Numbered from the stretch's first letter, positions 17,784-28,105 are shown. The stretch is DNA of 64,000 bases from an uncultured Methanosarcinales archaeon (GCA_964452935.1 CAYVNO010000001.1:25537-89536), one strand, 5' to 3'. Notes: generated by a model from the letters alone, not told the origin. Numbers and translations are program-made.

Positions 17784-18971
17784 TTAATCCTCTAAAATTC
17801 TTATTGATGGAAGGTCTTTACCTTCAAACATCATTAATGAAGCTCCTCCTCCTGATGAAACATGAGTTACTTTGTCTTGTAAATTAAACTTTTCGATTGC
17901 TGCTGCTGAGTCTCCTCCTCCTATGATTGACTTTGCGTTAGAGTTTGCGACTGTTTGAGCAATCTTTTTTGTACCTTCTGCAAAATTATCCATTTCAAAT
18001 ACTCCTAATGGTCCATTCCAGATTATTGTACTTGCATGATTTAGGATTGTGGTGTAAAGTTTTACTGTTGCTGGGCCGATGTCTAATACTTGCCATTTGT
18101 CGGGAATTTGTTCTATGAGTACCACTTTTTTGTCTGCGTTATTGCAGAATTTGTTGGCGATTATTACATCAACAGGTAGTACAATTTTTGGGTCTTCTAT
18201 TAATTCTCTAATTTCTGCTTTTTCATGACTAAGTCCTTCTTCATCTACCTTAGAGTCCCCTGTGTTTAGTCCTAGAACTCTTAAAAATAACATTGATAAT
18301 GCTCCTCCTATAAGGATTTTATCTGCTTTTTTTAGTAAGTTGTTTATTGCAGAAATCTTATCTGCTTTTAGTCCACCTATGATTGAGACAAGAGGTTTTT
18401 CTGGGTTTTCGATAGCATTTTTTATTGTTTTTACCTCATTTTCAACAACAAATCCTGCACAACCAGGGATGTGTTCTGTTATGTTATATATTGAAGCATG
18501 TTTTCTATGAGACGCTGCAAATGCGTCATTTATATATATGTCTGCCATAAGTGCAAGTTTTCTTCCGAATTCAAATCTTTCTTTTTCATCTTTTGACTTT
18601 TCTTCTTTATTGAATCGAATATTTTCTAACATCAAGATTTCTCCTGGACTTAATGATTTTATTGCGGCTTCTGTTTCTTCTCCTATGCATGAGTCTATTT
18701 TTTTTACCTCTTTGTTTAATAGTTCTGAGAGTCTTTTTGCCAGTATGTTTGTTCTTAATTTTTCTACAATTTTTCCGTTAGGTCTTCCTAGATGAGTAAT
18801 AATAATTATTTTTGCATTTTTTTCTAAGAGGTAGTTGATTGTTGGAAGAGTGAGCCTTATTCTTTTATCACTTGTTATGTTCATCTCTTCATCTATTGGT
18901 ACGTTATAATCTACTCTTAGAATTACTGTTTTATCCTCAAAATTGAAGTCTTTTAGTGTTTTTAGAGGCAT
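17784..18971 (-). CDS. pgk: Phosphoglycerate kinase
   Basis: VILRVDYNVP...ITHLGRP...GGGASLMMFEGK is a typical PGK. The start codon abuts the stop of the downstream ITPase gene. Confidence 0.9.
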   Translation of the reverse strand: MPLKTLKDFNFEDKTVILRVDYNVPIDEEMNITSDKRIRLTLPTINYLLEKNAKIIIITHLGRPNGKIVEKLRTNILAKRLSELLNKEVKKIDSCIGEETEAAIKSLSPGEILMLENIRFNKEEKSKDEKERFEFGRKLALMADIYINDAFAASHRKHASIYNITEHIPGCAGFVVENEVKTIKNAIENPEKPLVSIIGGLKADKISAINNLLKKADKILIGGALSMLFLRVLGLNTGDSKVDEEGLSHEKAEIRELIEDPKIVLPVDVIIANKFCNNADKKVVLIEQIPDKWQVLDIGPATVKLYTTILNHASTIIWNGPLGVFEMDNFAEGTKKIAQTVANSNAKSIIGGGDSAAAIEKFNLQDKVTHVSSGGGASLMMFEGKDLPSIRILED

Positions 18972-19004
18972 TTTGAGAATGTGAGTATTATGCTATTTTT
19001 ATAT

Positions 19005-20222
19005 TTATTTGTTTTTGGTTTGAGGTTTTTCACCCATAGTTTTAGAGTCTTCTTTATCTACATTACATTTTTCTCTATTTTCTTCGAAGTGGAACATTCC
19101 TTTTACTGCTCTTGAGAGTTTTTGAAGTCTTCTGTTGTCTGTCTTTAGATGTTTGTTGCCCATATATAGTTTTTTATTAATTTCCATTGAGAATATGAAT
19201 ACATCTGGGTATTTGGTGGAGAGATATTTCAATATGTACCCTCCTTTGTATGGTTTATTAAATACTACATTCTTACATGCGTGTGTTGTAAGGTTCTTTT
19301 TCATTGTTTCAACAATGGGCATATAGAATGCTGGGATATAGCTAGTACCAAAGCTTAGGTCTGGTCTTCCTTTTTCGTGTACCATTGAATGACCATCAAA
19401 GATTATATTAAAACGGTGTGTTTCAATTAGTTTATTTAGTACATAGTAAAACTGATCATAATTCTTTAGAATTACTTCTTTCTGTCTTTTATTTAGTTTT
19501 CCTTTCCAAATATTCTTTACTCTTTTTTCTGATTCGTTTGTGTATATTGCTCTTTCTCTGGCCCTATTTAAGTCACAAAAGAATCTTGAAAACTTGGCAT
19601 TAATCCAAACTCCTCCTTTTTCTAGAACTAGTGGTCCATAAATTATGTCTGTTCCCATATCATCTTCTTGGAACCTTTTTTCTTCTGTAATCTCCATTAA
19701 TTCTTGGCCATATTTTGGGACCCATTTTCCACCATGGACGGTCATAAGAAGTGTGTTGAACTGGTTTTTCTTATAATTATCATAAATCATAATTCCGTTC
19801 TTTGTTATTGTTAGATTTGTTTTGGGGTAATCTTTGTAATATAACTCAATGTCCTCTTTTACTGACTCGTATAACTCTTTTTCTGGAAAGAATTCTTTGA
19901 ACCATATTGTGTTCTTCTTCCTGTGGAAATAAGCTATTGTTCCGTCAAGAACATCTATTGTTCTTTTGTATGAGTTAAGTAATGAGATAAAGTTTAAATG
20001 AGGGGTTGATTCTATTTTGTCATTTATTTTCATTAACTCGTTAAGAACTGCTGAATATGATAATGATTCTGAGAATCTTTTTTGTTTTCTTTTTAGGAAT
20101 AGTAAGAACAGGCTTGATAATTTAGGAATGTGTTTGAGAAGAAATCTAGTTGTTGCAGGTTTTTTAGGTTCTTTTTCTTCTTCTGTTTTTACTTTTTCTC
20201 TTTTTGGAGTTATTTCTGTCAT
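19005..20222 (-). CDS. N-formylglutamate amidohydrolase (FGase)-like hydrolase
   Basis: TVHGGKWVP, FFCDLNRARE and IIFDGHSMVHEKGRPDLSFGTS correspond to FGase family (PF05013) metal-binding motifs. Confidence 0.55.
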   Translation of the reverse strand: MTEITPKREKVKTEEEKEPKKPATTRFLLKHIPKLSSLFLLFLKRKQKRFSESLSYSAVLNELMKINDKIESTPHLNFISLLNSYKRTIDVLDGTIAYFHRKKNTIWFKEFFPEKELYESVKEDIELYYKDYPKTNLTITKNGIMIYDNYKKNQFNTLLMTVHGGKWVPKYGQELMEITEEKRFQEDDMGTDIIYGPLVLEKGGVWINAKFSRFFCDLNRARERAIYTNESEKRVKNIWKGKLNKRQKEVILKNYDQFYYVLNKLIETHRFNIIFDGHSMVHEKGRPDLSFGTSYIPAFYMPIVETMKKNLTTHACKNVVFNKPYKGGYILKYLSTKYPDVFIFSMEINKKLYMGNKHLKTDNRRLQKLSRAVKGMFHFEENREKCNVDKEDSKTMGEKPQTKNK

Positions 20223-20223
20223 T

Positions 20224-21597
20224 TTATCCTTCTATTTTCTCTAATATTGCTTTTGTTTTATGTAAATCTTTTATGTTTTTTTCTGAATAGAATAATGCTA
20301 ACTCTTTTGCATATTCCTGTGTTATCTTATCTTTGTATCCAGCTCTTCTAGCTTTTGCAAGGATTTTATCTGAGATTGTTCTCTTTTCTTCAATTGTCTT
20401 TTTTATAGGTTCTAATAGTTTGTGATATTTCTTTGGAGTGTTACTTTTTATGAATTTATAGAATCTGTTTATGTATATAGTTAACTCTTTGTTCTTGAAT
20501 CCTTCATAGGCAGAGTGTTTCTGGAATTCATTTCTTACGATTGTGTGGGGAGGAATGAATATCATGTTATTTTCTATTTTAAATGCTTCTTTTACATCTA
20601 TATCCATTGGAACGACAAGCATAAAATCTTGATATATTTTTCTTAGAGAATATTTCATCATTGTTGAGACTCCAAATATTTGGGATAAGAAGTTCATGTC
20701 TCCTCCCCTGTATTCTATTGTCCCATGTTTGTTAATTTTGACTGGGTTCCATGCATAATCTAGAATATTTGAAGATTTTGCGAGTTCAGTTTTTCCATAA
20801 CCTGCTCTTTTTAGCAGGCTTATCCATTTTGCATGTTTTTTATTTAGTGTAGATAATAAGTCTCCGAGGGTTTGTTTGTATGGTGGGAGTCCTCCAAAAA
20901 GTTGTCTTGCCCCATACAATCCTTTCATATAATTTAGTTTTTTGCCCCCTCTGTATAAGACTGTTCTTGAGTCTTTAGCTAGATGTTTGCAGTTTACGAA
21001 TGGTGAGGCCTGTAATAATGTTGTTAAAATTGGATCCATAGCAATAATAAAATTATATCCGTCAAGCATTGTTTTCTTTACTTTTGAATTTAATTTATAG
21101 TGGAGCATTTTTGTTTTGTGGTCAAACATTCCTCTTGGTAGGGTGTAATGTTGATGGAATCCACAACATAGTCCTGCGTTGGTGAATCTCTCTTTTCCAA
21201 GAACCTTTTCTTTGACAGTATACCACCCACCTTGTCTGAATGAAGGCTTATTGATTCCAAAGTAGGTTGCAAAGGGGTAGATATGTTTGTTATTTTTTTC
21301 TGCTATTTCTGTTAATTTTATATGGCTGTTTACTATCTCTTTGCTTGTTGAGCTAAGCTTTCTGTAAGGAAAGCAGATTACCTCAATCATTGATTTTGCA
21401 CATTCTGCTTGAACATTTAATTTTTGTTTTTGTGCTTTTTTTAGTAATGGATCTGAGTGATCAATTGATCCATCATTATTTAGAATAAAATTCTCTGTTT
21501 CATATCCACTTAGAGAACGTTTTAATGGCTTATCATGGTCTTTTGTTGGGATAAATAGCCTAGTCAGTTTTTTAACATGTTCTTTTACCATTTTCAT
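20224..21597 (-). CDS. GCS2/YbdK-like carboxylate-amine ligase (glutamate-cysteine ligase family 2)
   Basis: N-terminal SGYETENFILNNDG is the E-x-E motif and CGFHQHYTLP is the GxHxH motif. The size of 457 aa is typical of COG2170 amidoligases. The gene directly abuts the FGase-like gene. Confidence 0.55.
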   Translation of the reverse strand: MKMVKEHVKKLTRLFIPTKDHDKPLKRSLSGYETENFILNNDGSIDHSDPLLKKAQKQKLNVQAECAKSMIEVICFPYRKLSSTSKEIVNSHIKLTEIAEKNNKHIYPFATYFGINKPSFRQGGWYTVKEKVLGKERFTNAGLCCGFHQHYTLPRGMFDHKTKMLHYKLNSKVKKTMLDGYNFIIAMDPILTTLLQASPFVNCKHLAKDSRTVLYRGGKKLNYMKGLYGARQLFGGLPPYKQTLGDLLSTLNKKHAKWISLLKRAGYGKTELAKSSNILDYAWNPVKINKHGTIEYRGGDMNFLSQIFGVSTMMKYSLRKIYQDFMLVVPMDIDVKEAFKIENNMIFIPPHTIVRNEFQKHSAYEGFKNKELTIYINRFYKFIKSNTPKKYHKLLEPIKKTIEEKRTISDKILAKARRAGYKDKITQEYAKELALFYSEKNIKDLHKTKAILEKIEG

Positions 21598-21636
21598 ATT
21601 ATTTTAGAATTAAATCATATATAAACTTTACTTTGA

Positions 21637-22209
21637 TTATTGTAGTTGTTCTACTCTTTGTTGTAGTGATATTGCGATTCTTTTCATTTCTGTTGATTCT
21701 CTACCTTTCGGTACTTCTAATGGGGATATGTCTCTAATTATTGTGTAACGATTGTTGTCAGTGTAATGTAAGTTTAGGTAGTCTTCTAGGTCTTTGAATC
21801 TTTGTCTTCTGATTGCTTTTTTTACTTTTTTATCTCTCAAATGGATTCCTTCAATCTTCATTAGATATAATTTGTCTTCTTTAATTTCTATTTTATAAAT
21901 TGTTGTTGGTATCCCATAATCTCGTATGTAGATTGGTTGTGAATTAATTCCTGATTTTAGATATGCTCTTTCTTGAAGTTCTCTTGTGTATTCTCCAATT
22001 AATTCTGAGAGAGTTTTGTTTTTTGGTAGTTCTGGTGTGATGCTTATGAATTCTTGGTCTTCGTATTCGTTCCATGTTGCGATATCTCGAATACTTCCTG
22101 ATTCAAATCTATCTCTAGTCATTTCATCTCTTGCTTGTTCCCTAGAACACGGAGAAATGCCCATATATACAATGAGAGCTAAAGCTGAGAGGCTAATAAT
22201 CCTATTCAT
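21637..22209 (-). CDS. Hypothetical secreted protein / lipoprotein
   Basis: MNRIISLSALALIVYMGISPCSRE is a signal peptide with a Cys shortly after it. Confidence 0.4.
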   Translation of the reverse strand: MNRIISLSALALIVYMGISPCSREQARDEMTRDRFESGSIRDIATWNEYEDQEFISITPELPKNKTLSELIGEYTRELQERAYLKSGINSQPIYIRDYGIPTTIYKIEIKEDKLYLMKIEGIHLRDKKVKKAIRRQRFKDLEDYLNLHYTDNNRYTIIRDISPLEVPKGRESTEMKRIAISLQQRVEQLQ

Positions 22210-22241
22210 GTATAAATGATGTATGAGATAGTTTATATGTT

Positions 22242-25200
22242 TTATTTCTTCTTTGGTTTAATTCCTAGTTTCTTCTCTGTTTTTGCGACCGTTAGTGTTG
22301 TTTTTACAACTGAGTCGGGGTTTAATGACATGGAATGGATGCCTGCTTCAACTAAGAATTCAGCAAATTCTGGGTAATCAGAAGGGGCTTGCCCACAGAT
22401 TCCAATGTACTTGTTCATTTTATTAGCAATATGTATTACTCTTCTAATTAATGTTTTTACGGCTTGGTTTCTTTCTTCATACACATGTGCTACTAATTCA
22501 GAGTCTCTGTCTACACCTAATGTTAGTTGAGTTAGGTCGTTACTTCCTATTGAAAATCCGTCAAAATGTTCTAAGAATTCTTCTGCAAGAATTACGTTAG
22601 ATGGTATTTCACACATTAGGATGATTTTTAAGTTATCTTTTCCTTTTTCTAGTCCATTTTTTTTCATTTCTTTTAGAACTAATAACCCTTCTTCTACTGT
22701 TCTACAGAACGGAATCATTAAGACAATGTTTTTTAGTCCAAACTCTTTCATTACTTTTCTCATTGCCATACATTCTAATGCAAATGCGTCTTTGTATGCA
22801 GGAGAGTAGTATCTTGAAGCACCTCTCCAGCCAATCATTGGGTTGTCTTCAGTTGGTTCGAAATATTTCCCACCAATTAAGTTTGCATATTCGTTTGATT
22901 TAAAGTCTGATAATCTTATAATAACTTTTTTTGGATAGAATGCTGCTGCTAATGTACCTACTCCTTGTGCAAGCTTATCGACAAAGAATTGTGCTTTGTT
23001 TTTGTAGCCTTCTGTTAGTTTGTTGATCTGATTTCTGATTTTATTGTCTGTTACTTTATTGAATTCTAGTAATGCTCTAGGATGTACTTTTATATATGAA
23101 TTTATTATGAATTCTTCTCTTGCAAGGCCAACTCCTGAATTTGGTAAGAAACTGAATTCAAATGCTTCTTCAGGATTACCAATGTTCATCATTATTTCTG
23201 TTCTTGTTTCTGGAATTGATTTAAGGTTTGTTTTATGTATTTTGAATTTGAGTAATTTATCATAGATATAACCAATTTCACCTGAAGAACAGTCTGTTGT
23301 TATCTTTTGTCCTTGTTTTATTAGTTGTGTTCCATTCTCTGTCCCGACAATACATGGTACTCCAAGTTCTCTAGAGATGATTGCTGCATGACAGTTATTT
23401 ACTAATACAGGGGTTAATTTTTCTGTGAATACTGCGTAATTGTGATTATCTGCTACAGTTATGTTGTATACATCACCAAAGCTTTCTTCTTTTAAGTCTA
23501 CCATTCTGTTCATACGTAAGTCACTTTCTAATAACTCTCTTATCTTTTGTGAATTTTCTTTTTTTAGATCTTCTTCTGAGATATACAAATTTTTATCATA
23601 TCTTAATTTAGTCTGACCTCTTACTTCGTCTTTATTGAATATCTGTCTTGTAGAAAAGAATCTGCTTTTTATCACTCTATTTCTTATAACTCCCTTTATT
23701 CTTTTTGTATACTTTAATATCTTATCTAATTTCTCGACAATTTGTACATTGTGGATGTTCCTATTTTTTGTGACTTGAGGTATAATTCCAATTCTAAGAC
23801 AAGCTAACATAGTTCCTTCTAGAAGATTTCGATTTGAGATATAAATATTAATTCTATTATTATAAAATGTTCCGTCCCCATCAATTACTCCTGCTAAAAA
23901 ATTATATGCTACTTCTTCATCGCTTTGAAGAAGGGTAGTTACGATTTGATTTTTTTGTTCATGCATATTGTATGCTATGTCTTTTGAGTATAATCTAAAT
24001 GCCGTTGCTTGCCCTCTGACCTCTTTTCCTCTGATCATTCCGGTAGATATCTTTTTCTCAAAAGGAACAAAACTTTTATTGTATACTGATGTCATACAGT
24101 CTTGCATATGGTTAATGAATCTTTCTTTTTCTGGGATTTGCTTTTGAATAAATTGGACTTCTCCATGAGTTCGTGATCTGTAAATATGTCCATCCGTCAT
24201 TATTCCTCCCAATAAGTATGCTAATCTCTTATCTTTTTCAGTGGTTTGATTAATCATGGGAATATGTTGGGCAATACACACCATTTCTTTGTCGAGAAGC
24301 ATTTGTTTTATTTCTGTATCAACTAATTGTCTGTTTTTAATGTTGATCATTTTGTGATCCGGGGTAATTGTTAATGTGTTGTCCCTTATCTTTCCCCTAA
24401 TAGAAACACTTATCTTTATTTTTTTGGATTTTTTCTTCATGGATGCAATAATTGGTTTCCATTCAATTCTCTTTGTTTGTCTATTCAATGAAGGGGTTAG
24501 TAATCCATTGTATCCTTCTTCATGAACTTGTTGCATTGTCATAAATCCTTTATTTGTTAAAATTTTGGTGTTACCATCAAAACAAGTTCTTCCTCCTCTG
24601 TTTGTAACTATTGCAGAGGCTATTTTCATAATTGGTTCCCAGTCTGGATCAGTCATATCTGTCACTAGGATTTGACCTTTTTTGAAATTATTAATGTCTT
24701 TTACGTCTTTGATTATATTTGCTGGACCTTGTCCTATTTTCATTCCTACAGCTTTTCCTTTTGCAACAATTTTTCCTTTTTGTTGTAATTTGTATTCTTC
24801 TAAAGTGTTTAAGTCTCTTTGACTCTGAACTGTTTCAGGTCTTGCTTGAACTATGAATAATTTTTTTGTTTTTCCATCTTTTGCCCATTCCATATCCATT
24901 GGTTTGAAATAGTTAGCTTTTTCTGAGTAATGGTCTTCTATAATGCATGCCCATTCTGCTAATTTTAGTACTTCTTTATCTTCTAGAACGAATTTCTTTC
25001 TATCTTCTTTGTTTACTGGAATATTTTTTACTGTTTTGTTACCTTCCGAGGCATAAATCATTTTTATTTTCTTTGGACCAACTTTTTTAGAGATTATTGG
25101 TTTGAACCCTTGTTTTAATGTTGGTTTGAAAACATAGTATTCGTCTGGGTTTACTGCTCCTTGTACAACATTTTCTCCTAGACCATATGCTCCTGTTATA

Positions 25201-25880
25201 AAAACAGCATCTTTAAATCCTGTTTCAGTATCAATGGAAAACATAACTCCTGAACATGAGAGGTCTGATCTAACCATCTTTTGAACTCCTATGCTTAGTC
25301 CTATGGAAAAATGGTCGAATTTTTTATCTACTCTGTATGAGATTGCTCTGTTAGTAAATAATGATGCAAAACATTTTTTACATGCGGCAATTAAATCGTG
25401 ATCTCCTTTTATATTTAGATATGTTTCTTGTTGACCTGCAAATGATGCATCTGGTAGGTCTTCAGCAGTGGCTGATGATCTTACAGCGACATCTGTTCTT
25501 TTTCCGTATTCTTTGCATAGCTTTTTGTATGCTTTGATTATTTCTTGTTTTAGATCTTCTGGAAATTCTGCGTTCTTTATTAGCTCTCTTACACGATGTC
25601 CTTTATCTGCTAAGTCTCTCATGTCTTTTGTGTTTAATCCTTTTAGAATATTTTTTACTTCATTCCTTATTCCTGCTTTTTCTAATAGGTGATGGTATGA
25701 ATGTGCTGTGATTGCGAAACCGTTCGGAATATTTACTCCTTTTTTTGTTAGATTTCTATACATCTCTCCTAATGAAGCATTTTTTCCACCAACATGAGGA
25801 ACATCTTCAATACCTAGTTCGTTAAACCATAGAATGAACTCTTTTTCTTTGTTTTTTGGTTTTTTCTTGAATAATGCCAT
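22242..25880 (-). CDS. ppsA: Phosphoenolpyruvate synthase (pyruvate, water dikinase) interrupted by an intein
   Basis: N-terminal GGKNASLGEM...VPNGFAI is the PPDK_N ATP-grasp region. The catalytic motif TNRGGRT|CHAAIISRELGVPCIVGT is split by a 397-aa insert. The C-terminal PEP-utilizing TIM-barrel region is present. Confidence 0.9.
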   Translation of the reverse strand: MALFKKKPKNKEKEFILWFNELGIEDVPHVGGKNASLGEMYRNLTKKGVNIPNGFAITAHSYHHLLEKAGIRNEVKNILKGLNTKDMRDLADKGHRVRELIKNAEFPEDLKQEIIKAYKKLCKEYGKRTDVAVRSSATAEDLPDASFAGQQETYLNIKGDHDLIAACKKCFASLFTNRAISYRVDKKFDHFSIGLSIGVQKMVRSDLSCSGVMFSIDTETGFKDAVFITGAYGLGENVVQGAVNPDEYYVFKPTLKQGFKPIISKKVGPKKIKMIYASEGNKTVKNIPVNKEDRKKFVLEDKEVLKLAEWACIIEDHYSEKANYFKPMDMEWAKDGKTKKLFIVQARPETVQSQRDLNTLEEYKLQQKGKIVAKGKAVGMKIGQGPANIIKDVKDINNFKKGQILVTDMTDPDWEPIMKIASAIVTNRGGRTCFDGNTKILTNKGFMTMQQVHEEGYNGLLTPSLNRQTKRIEWKPIIASMKKKSKKIKISVSIRGKIRDNTLTITPDHKMINIKNRQLVDTEIKQMLLDKEMVCIAQHIPMINQTTEKDKRLAYLLGGIMTDGHIYRSRTHGEVQFIQKQIPEKERFINHMQDCMTSVYNKSFVPFEKKISTGMIRGKEVRGQATAFRLYSKDIAYNMHEQKNQIVTTLLQSDEEVAYNFLAGVIDGDGTFYNNRINIYISNRNLLEGTMLACLRIGIIPQVTKNRNIHNVQIVEKLDKILKYTKRIKGVIRNRVIKSRFFSTRQIFNKDEVRGQTKLRYDKNLYISEEDLKKENSQKIRELLESDLRMNRMVDLKEESFGDVYNITVADNHNYAVFTEKLTPVLVNNCHAAIISRELGVPCIVGTENGTQLIKQGQKITTDCSSGEIGYIYDKLLKFKIHKTNLKSIPETRTEIMMNIGNPEEAFEFSFLPNSGVGLAREEFIINSYIKVHPRALLEFNKVTDNKIRNQINKLTEGYKNKAQFFVDKLAQGVGTLAAAFYPKKVIIRLSDFKSNEYANLIGGKYFEPTEDNPMIGWRGASRYYSPAYKDAFALECMAMRKVMKEFGLKNIVLMIPFCRTVEEGLLVLKEMKKNGLEKGKDNLKIILMCEIPSNVILAEEFLEHFDGFSIGSNDLTQLTLGVDRDSELVAHVYEERNQAVKTLIRRVIHIANKMNKYIGICGQAPSDYPEFAEFLVEAGIHSMSLNPDSVVKTTLTVAKTEKKLGIKPKKK
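23394..24584 (-). mobile_element. Intein (397 aa) with a LAGLIDADG homing-endonuclease domain, inserted at the GGRT/CHAAI catalytic-His motif of PpsA
   Basis: It begins with CFDGNTKILT (Cys1, block A). LAGLIDADG-like YLLGGIMTDGHI and FLAGVIDGDGTF blocks are present. It ends ...VLVNN, followed by the extein Cys (CHAAI). Its in-frame excision restores the canonical PpsA motif. Confidence 0.85.
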
Positions 25881-25930
25881 GTGTTGGTTTATATGTTGGG
25901 GAGTATATAAAGATTTGTTATTATTGTAGA

Positions 25931-26911
25931 ATGGGTATGCAAAGGATTATATATCATTTATGGGTGTTTTGTTGTATGGTGTTTATATTAGAACTTTCAA
26001 AAGAAGATTTAGAATTATCTGTTTATGAGGCGAGGAGATTATTGGGTGTTAAGGGGAAGTTAGTTGAGAATTTATTATTAGTTGAAGATGTTGATGTTGA
26101 TTTGGTTAAAAGGTTGGCGTATGTAAATAATTTATATGAACTTGTTGTTCAATGTGATATGAAGGATTTTGAGAAGAGTTTGAAAGGTTTAGGAAAGTTT
26201 TATGAGAAAAGTTATTGTGTTAGGAAGATTGGTGATGGGTTAAGCGAGAAAGAGATTGGGTCTTTGTTCTGGGATAGGTTAGTTGAGGTCGGTTTGAAAC
26301 CTAAAGTTGACTTGTTTAAACCAAAGACGTTATTTGTTTGCATTTTTTTTAAGAATAATGTTATTGTTGGTAAATTAATATGGGGTAATGAGAAAGAATT
26401 CTTGAATAGGAAAGCTCATAAAAGGCCTGCTTTACATCCGAGTTCGTTAAATCCTAGGTTAGCTAAAGCAATGGTTAATATTTCTGCGAAGAATAACATC
26501 TGTGATCCTTTTTGTGGTTCAGGAGGAATTTTAATAGAGGCAGGGTTAATGGGGTTAAAGGTTGAGGGTTGCGATATCAATAGATTTATGATTAATGCTT
26601 GTGAAAAGAATTTGAAACATTTTGGTGTTAAATGTAAGTTAATGAGAAAGGATGCCCTGAAATTAATTGGTAAATTCGGAGCAATTGTTACTGATTTACC
26701 TTATGCAAAGAATACAAAGAATGTTGATTTGGATAAGTTGTATAAAGAGTTTTTTAAGAATGTTTATAGTTTAACTGATGTTATTGTTGTAGGTTTGCCT
26801 GATTTTGTTTCTTTGAAAGGTTTATTATATAGGTGGAAAGTTAAGAAGAAGTTTGTTTATTATTTGCATAAGAGTTTGAGTAAGGTTATTCTTGTTTTAG
26901 AGAAGAGTTAG
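25931..26911 (+). CDS. THUMP-domain tRNA (guanine-N2)-methyltransferase, Trm11/Trm14-like
   Basis: RPALHPSSLNPRLAKAMVNIS...DPFCGSGGILIEAGLMG is the SAM-binding motif of Trm11-type MTases. The ORF-track start at 25874 would overlap ppsA, so a later start near 25931-25976 is more likely. Confidence 0.6.
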   Translation: MGMQRIIYHLWVFCCMVFILELSKEDLELSVYEARRLLGVKGKLVENLLLVEDVDVDLVKRLAYVNNLYELVVQCDMKDFEKSLKGLGKFYEKSYCVRKIGDGLSEKEIGSLFWDRLVEVGLKPKVDLFKPKTLFVCIFFKNNVIVGKLIWGNEKEFLNRKAHKRPALHPSSLNPRLAKAMVNISAKNNICDPFCGSGGILIEAGLMGLKVEGCDINRFMINACEKNLKHFGVKCKLMRKDALKLIGKFGAIVTDLPYAKNTKNVDLDKLYKEFFKNVYSLTDVIVVGLPDFVSLKGLLYRWKVKKKFVYYLHKSLSKVILVLEKS

Positions 26912-27360
26912 TGGCAAGCGTATGGGTGGAGTTGTCTGATTATAGGTTCATCTTTTATTTTTATTGGGTATTTCTCCATAAGGTGGTTAAATTTGAATCC
27001 TCTATGTTCTGATCTGAATTTTCTAAATTCCCTACTTACGCTGTATTTTAATTCATGTTCTTGATGATCTTCTGCAGCTTTTCCTTTCCACTGAATTGGT
27101 CCGTTAGGTCTATCAAACCTTTCTCTTGATTTGTAGTTCGGGACTTCTTTTTTTATTGTTCTTATTAACATGTCTGCAACTATGTAATTTCCACTTGCGT
27201 CAGCATAACATGTTGCAAGATATAGAAAATCTGCGTAGATGGTTGAGTTTGGAAGATCTTGTTTTGTTTCTAACGCTTTATTTACTAATCTTTCAATGTT
27301 AGGTTCATCTCTTTTTCTCACTGTTCTTTCTGCTGTTTGTAGAATTTGTTTTAGTACCAT
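26908..27360 (-). CDS. Hypothetical protein (150 aa), with R/D/E-rich composition unlike the neighbouring genes
   Basis: No recognisable motif was found. The gene is higher in GC and part of a three-gene block of atypical composition. Confidence 0.35.
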   Translation of the reverse strand: MVLKQILQTAERTVRKRDEPNIERLVNKALETKQDLPNSTIYADFLYLATCYADASGNYIVADMLIRTIKKEVPNYKSRERFDRPNGPIQWKGKAAEDHQEHELKYSVSREFRKFRSEHRGFKFNHLMEKYPIKIKDEPIIRQLHPYACH

Positions 27361-27363
27361 CTT

Positions 27364-27987
27364 TTATTTTTTCATGTATTGTCTAAAAGCTGTTAACATT
27401 TCATTATCTTCTTTTATTGGTGGGTTAATATGTAGTCCGGAGTTATTGTTTTCTGGTGTTGTAGGTTTTTTGGAATTATAAGTTCCAGGAGCAGGGCAGA
27501 GTTTTACATCTCCTTGCATTGGATCTATTCCAAGAAGGTTTTCTCTATATCCGTCTCTGTCTAATTCTGCTGTTCTATCTATGTACTTATCATCTTTTGT
27601 TGAAACTCTTGGTGTGAGTATTAATGTGTCGGTTGCTAAGAATGCTTCAAAATATAATCCATTTTCTCCAACTTCAAATAAGTAGGTCGAGGTAAATATA
27701 TCCATGTCTTTGCCTGATCCAGAGGTTCTTCTGTATTTATAATCTGCTAGTTGTCCAGGAATTAATGAATCTGCTAGTGCAGCAACATTTGTTCTTGTAT
27801 CTTCGTCAGTTGTTAGTAATTCTAGTTGTTGGTCTAATGGAAGATCATTGAATCTGCCAATTAGTTCTTTCTCACTTCCTTCTGTTAGTAGTCCAGCTAG
27901 TCTTTCAGCCATATCATCCAAAGGGATTTGATATGTGGCTGTGCTAGTTGTTTCTATTCCTTGGTATTTTGTTACAGTTATACGCAT
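27364..27987 (-). CDS. Hypothetical protein (~207 aa)
   Basis: No recognisable motif was found. Composition is atypical for the region. The start is taken at MRITVTKYQ. Confidence 0.35.
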   Translation of the reverse strand: MRITVTKYQGIETTSTATYQIPLDDMAERLAGLLTEGSEKELIGRFNDLPLDQQLELLTTDEDTRTNVAALADSLIPGQLADYKYRRTSGSGKDMDIFTSTYLFEVGENGLYFEAFLATDTLILTPRVSTKDDKYIDRTAELDRDGYRENLLGIDPMQGDVKLCPAPGTYNSKKPTTPENNNSGLHINPPIKEDNEMLTAFRQYMKK

Positions 27988-28105
27988 TTTTATCAATTTG
28001 AAGGTAATCAAATGGGGTTTATAATACTAATTGTTATATCTATTATTTTCTATATAGAAAATAATAACAATAATATTTTTAAGGAGGTGTTTATTCCTTT
28101 CAAGA

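Noticed and set aside
25874-25930. ORF-track start of the Trm11-like gene at 25874
   Set aside because: It would overlap the ppsA start codon region on the opposite strand and add a Cys-rich non-homologous N-terminus. An internal Met (25931-25976) is more plausible.
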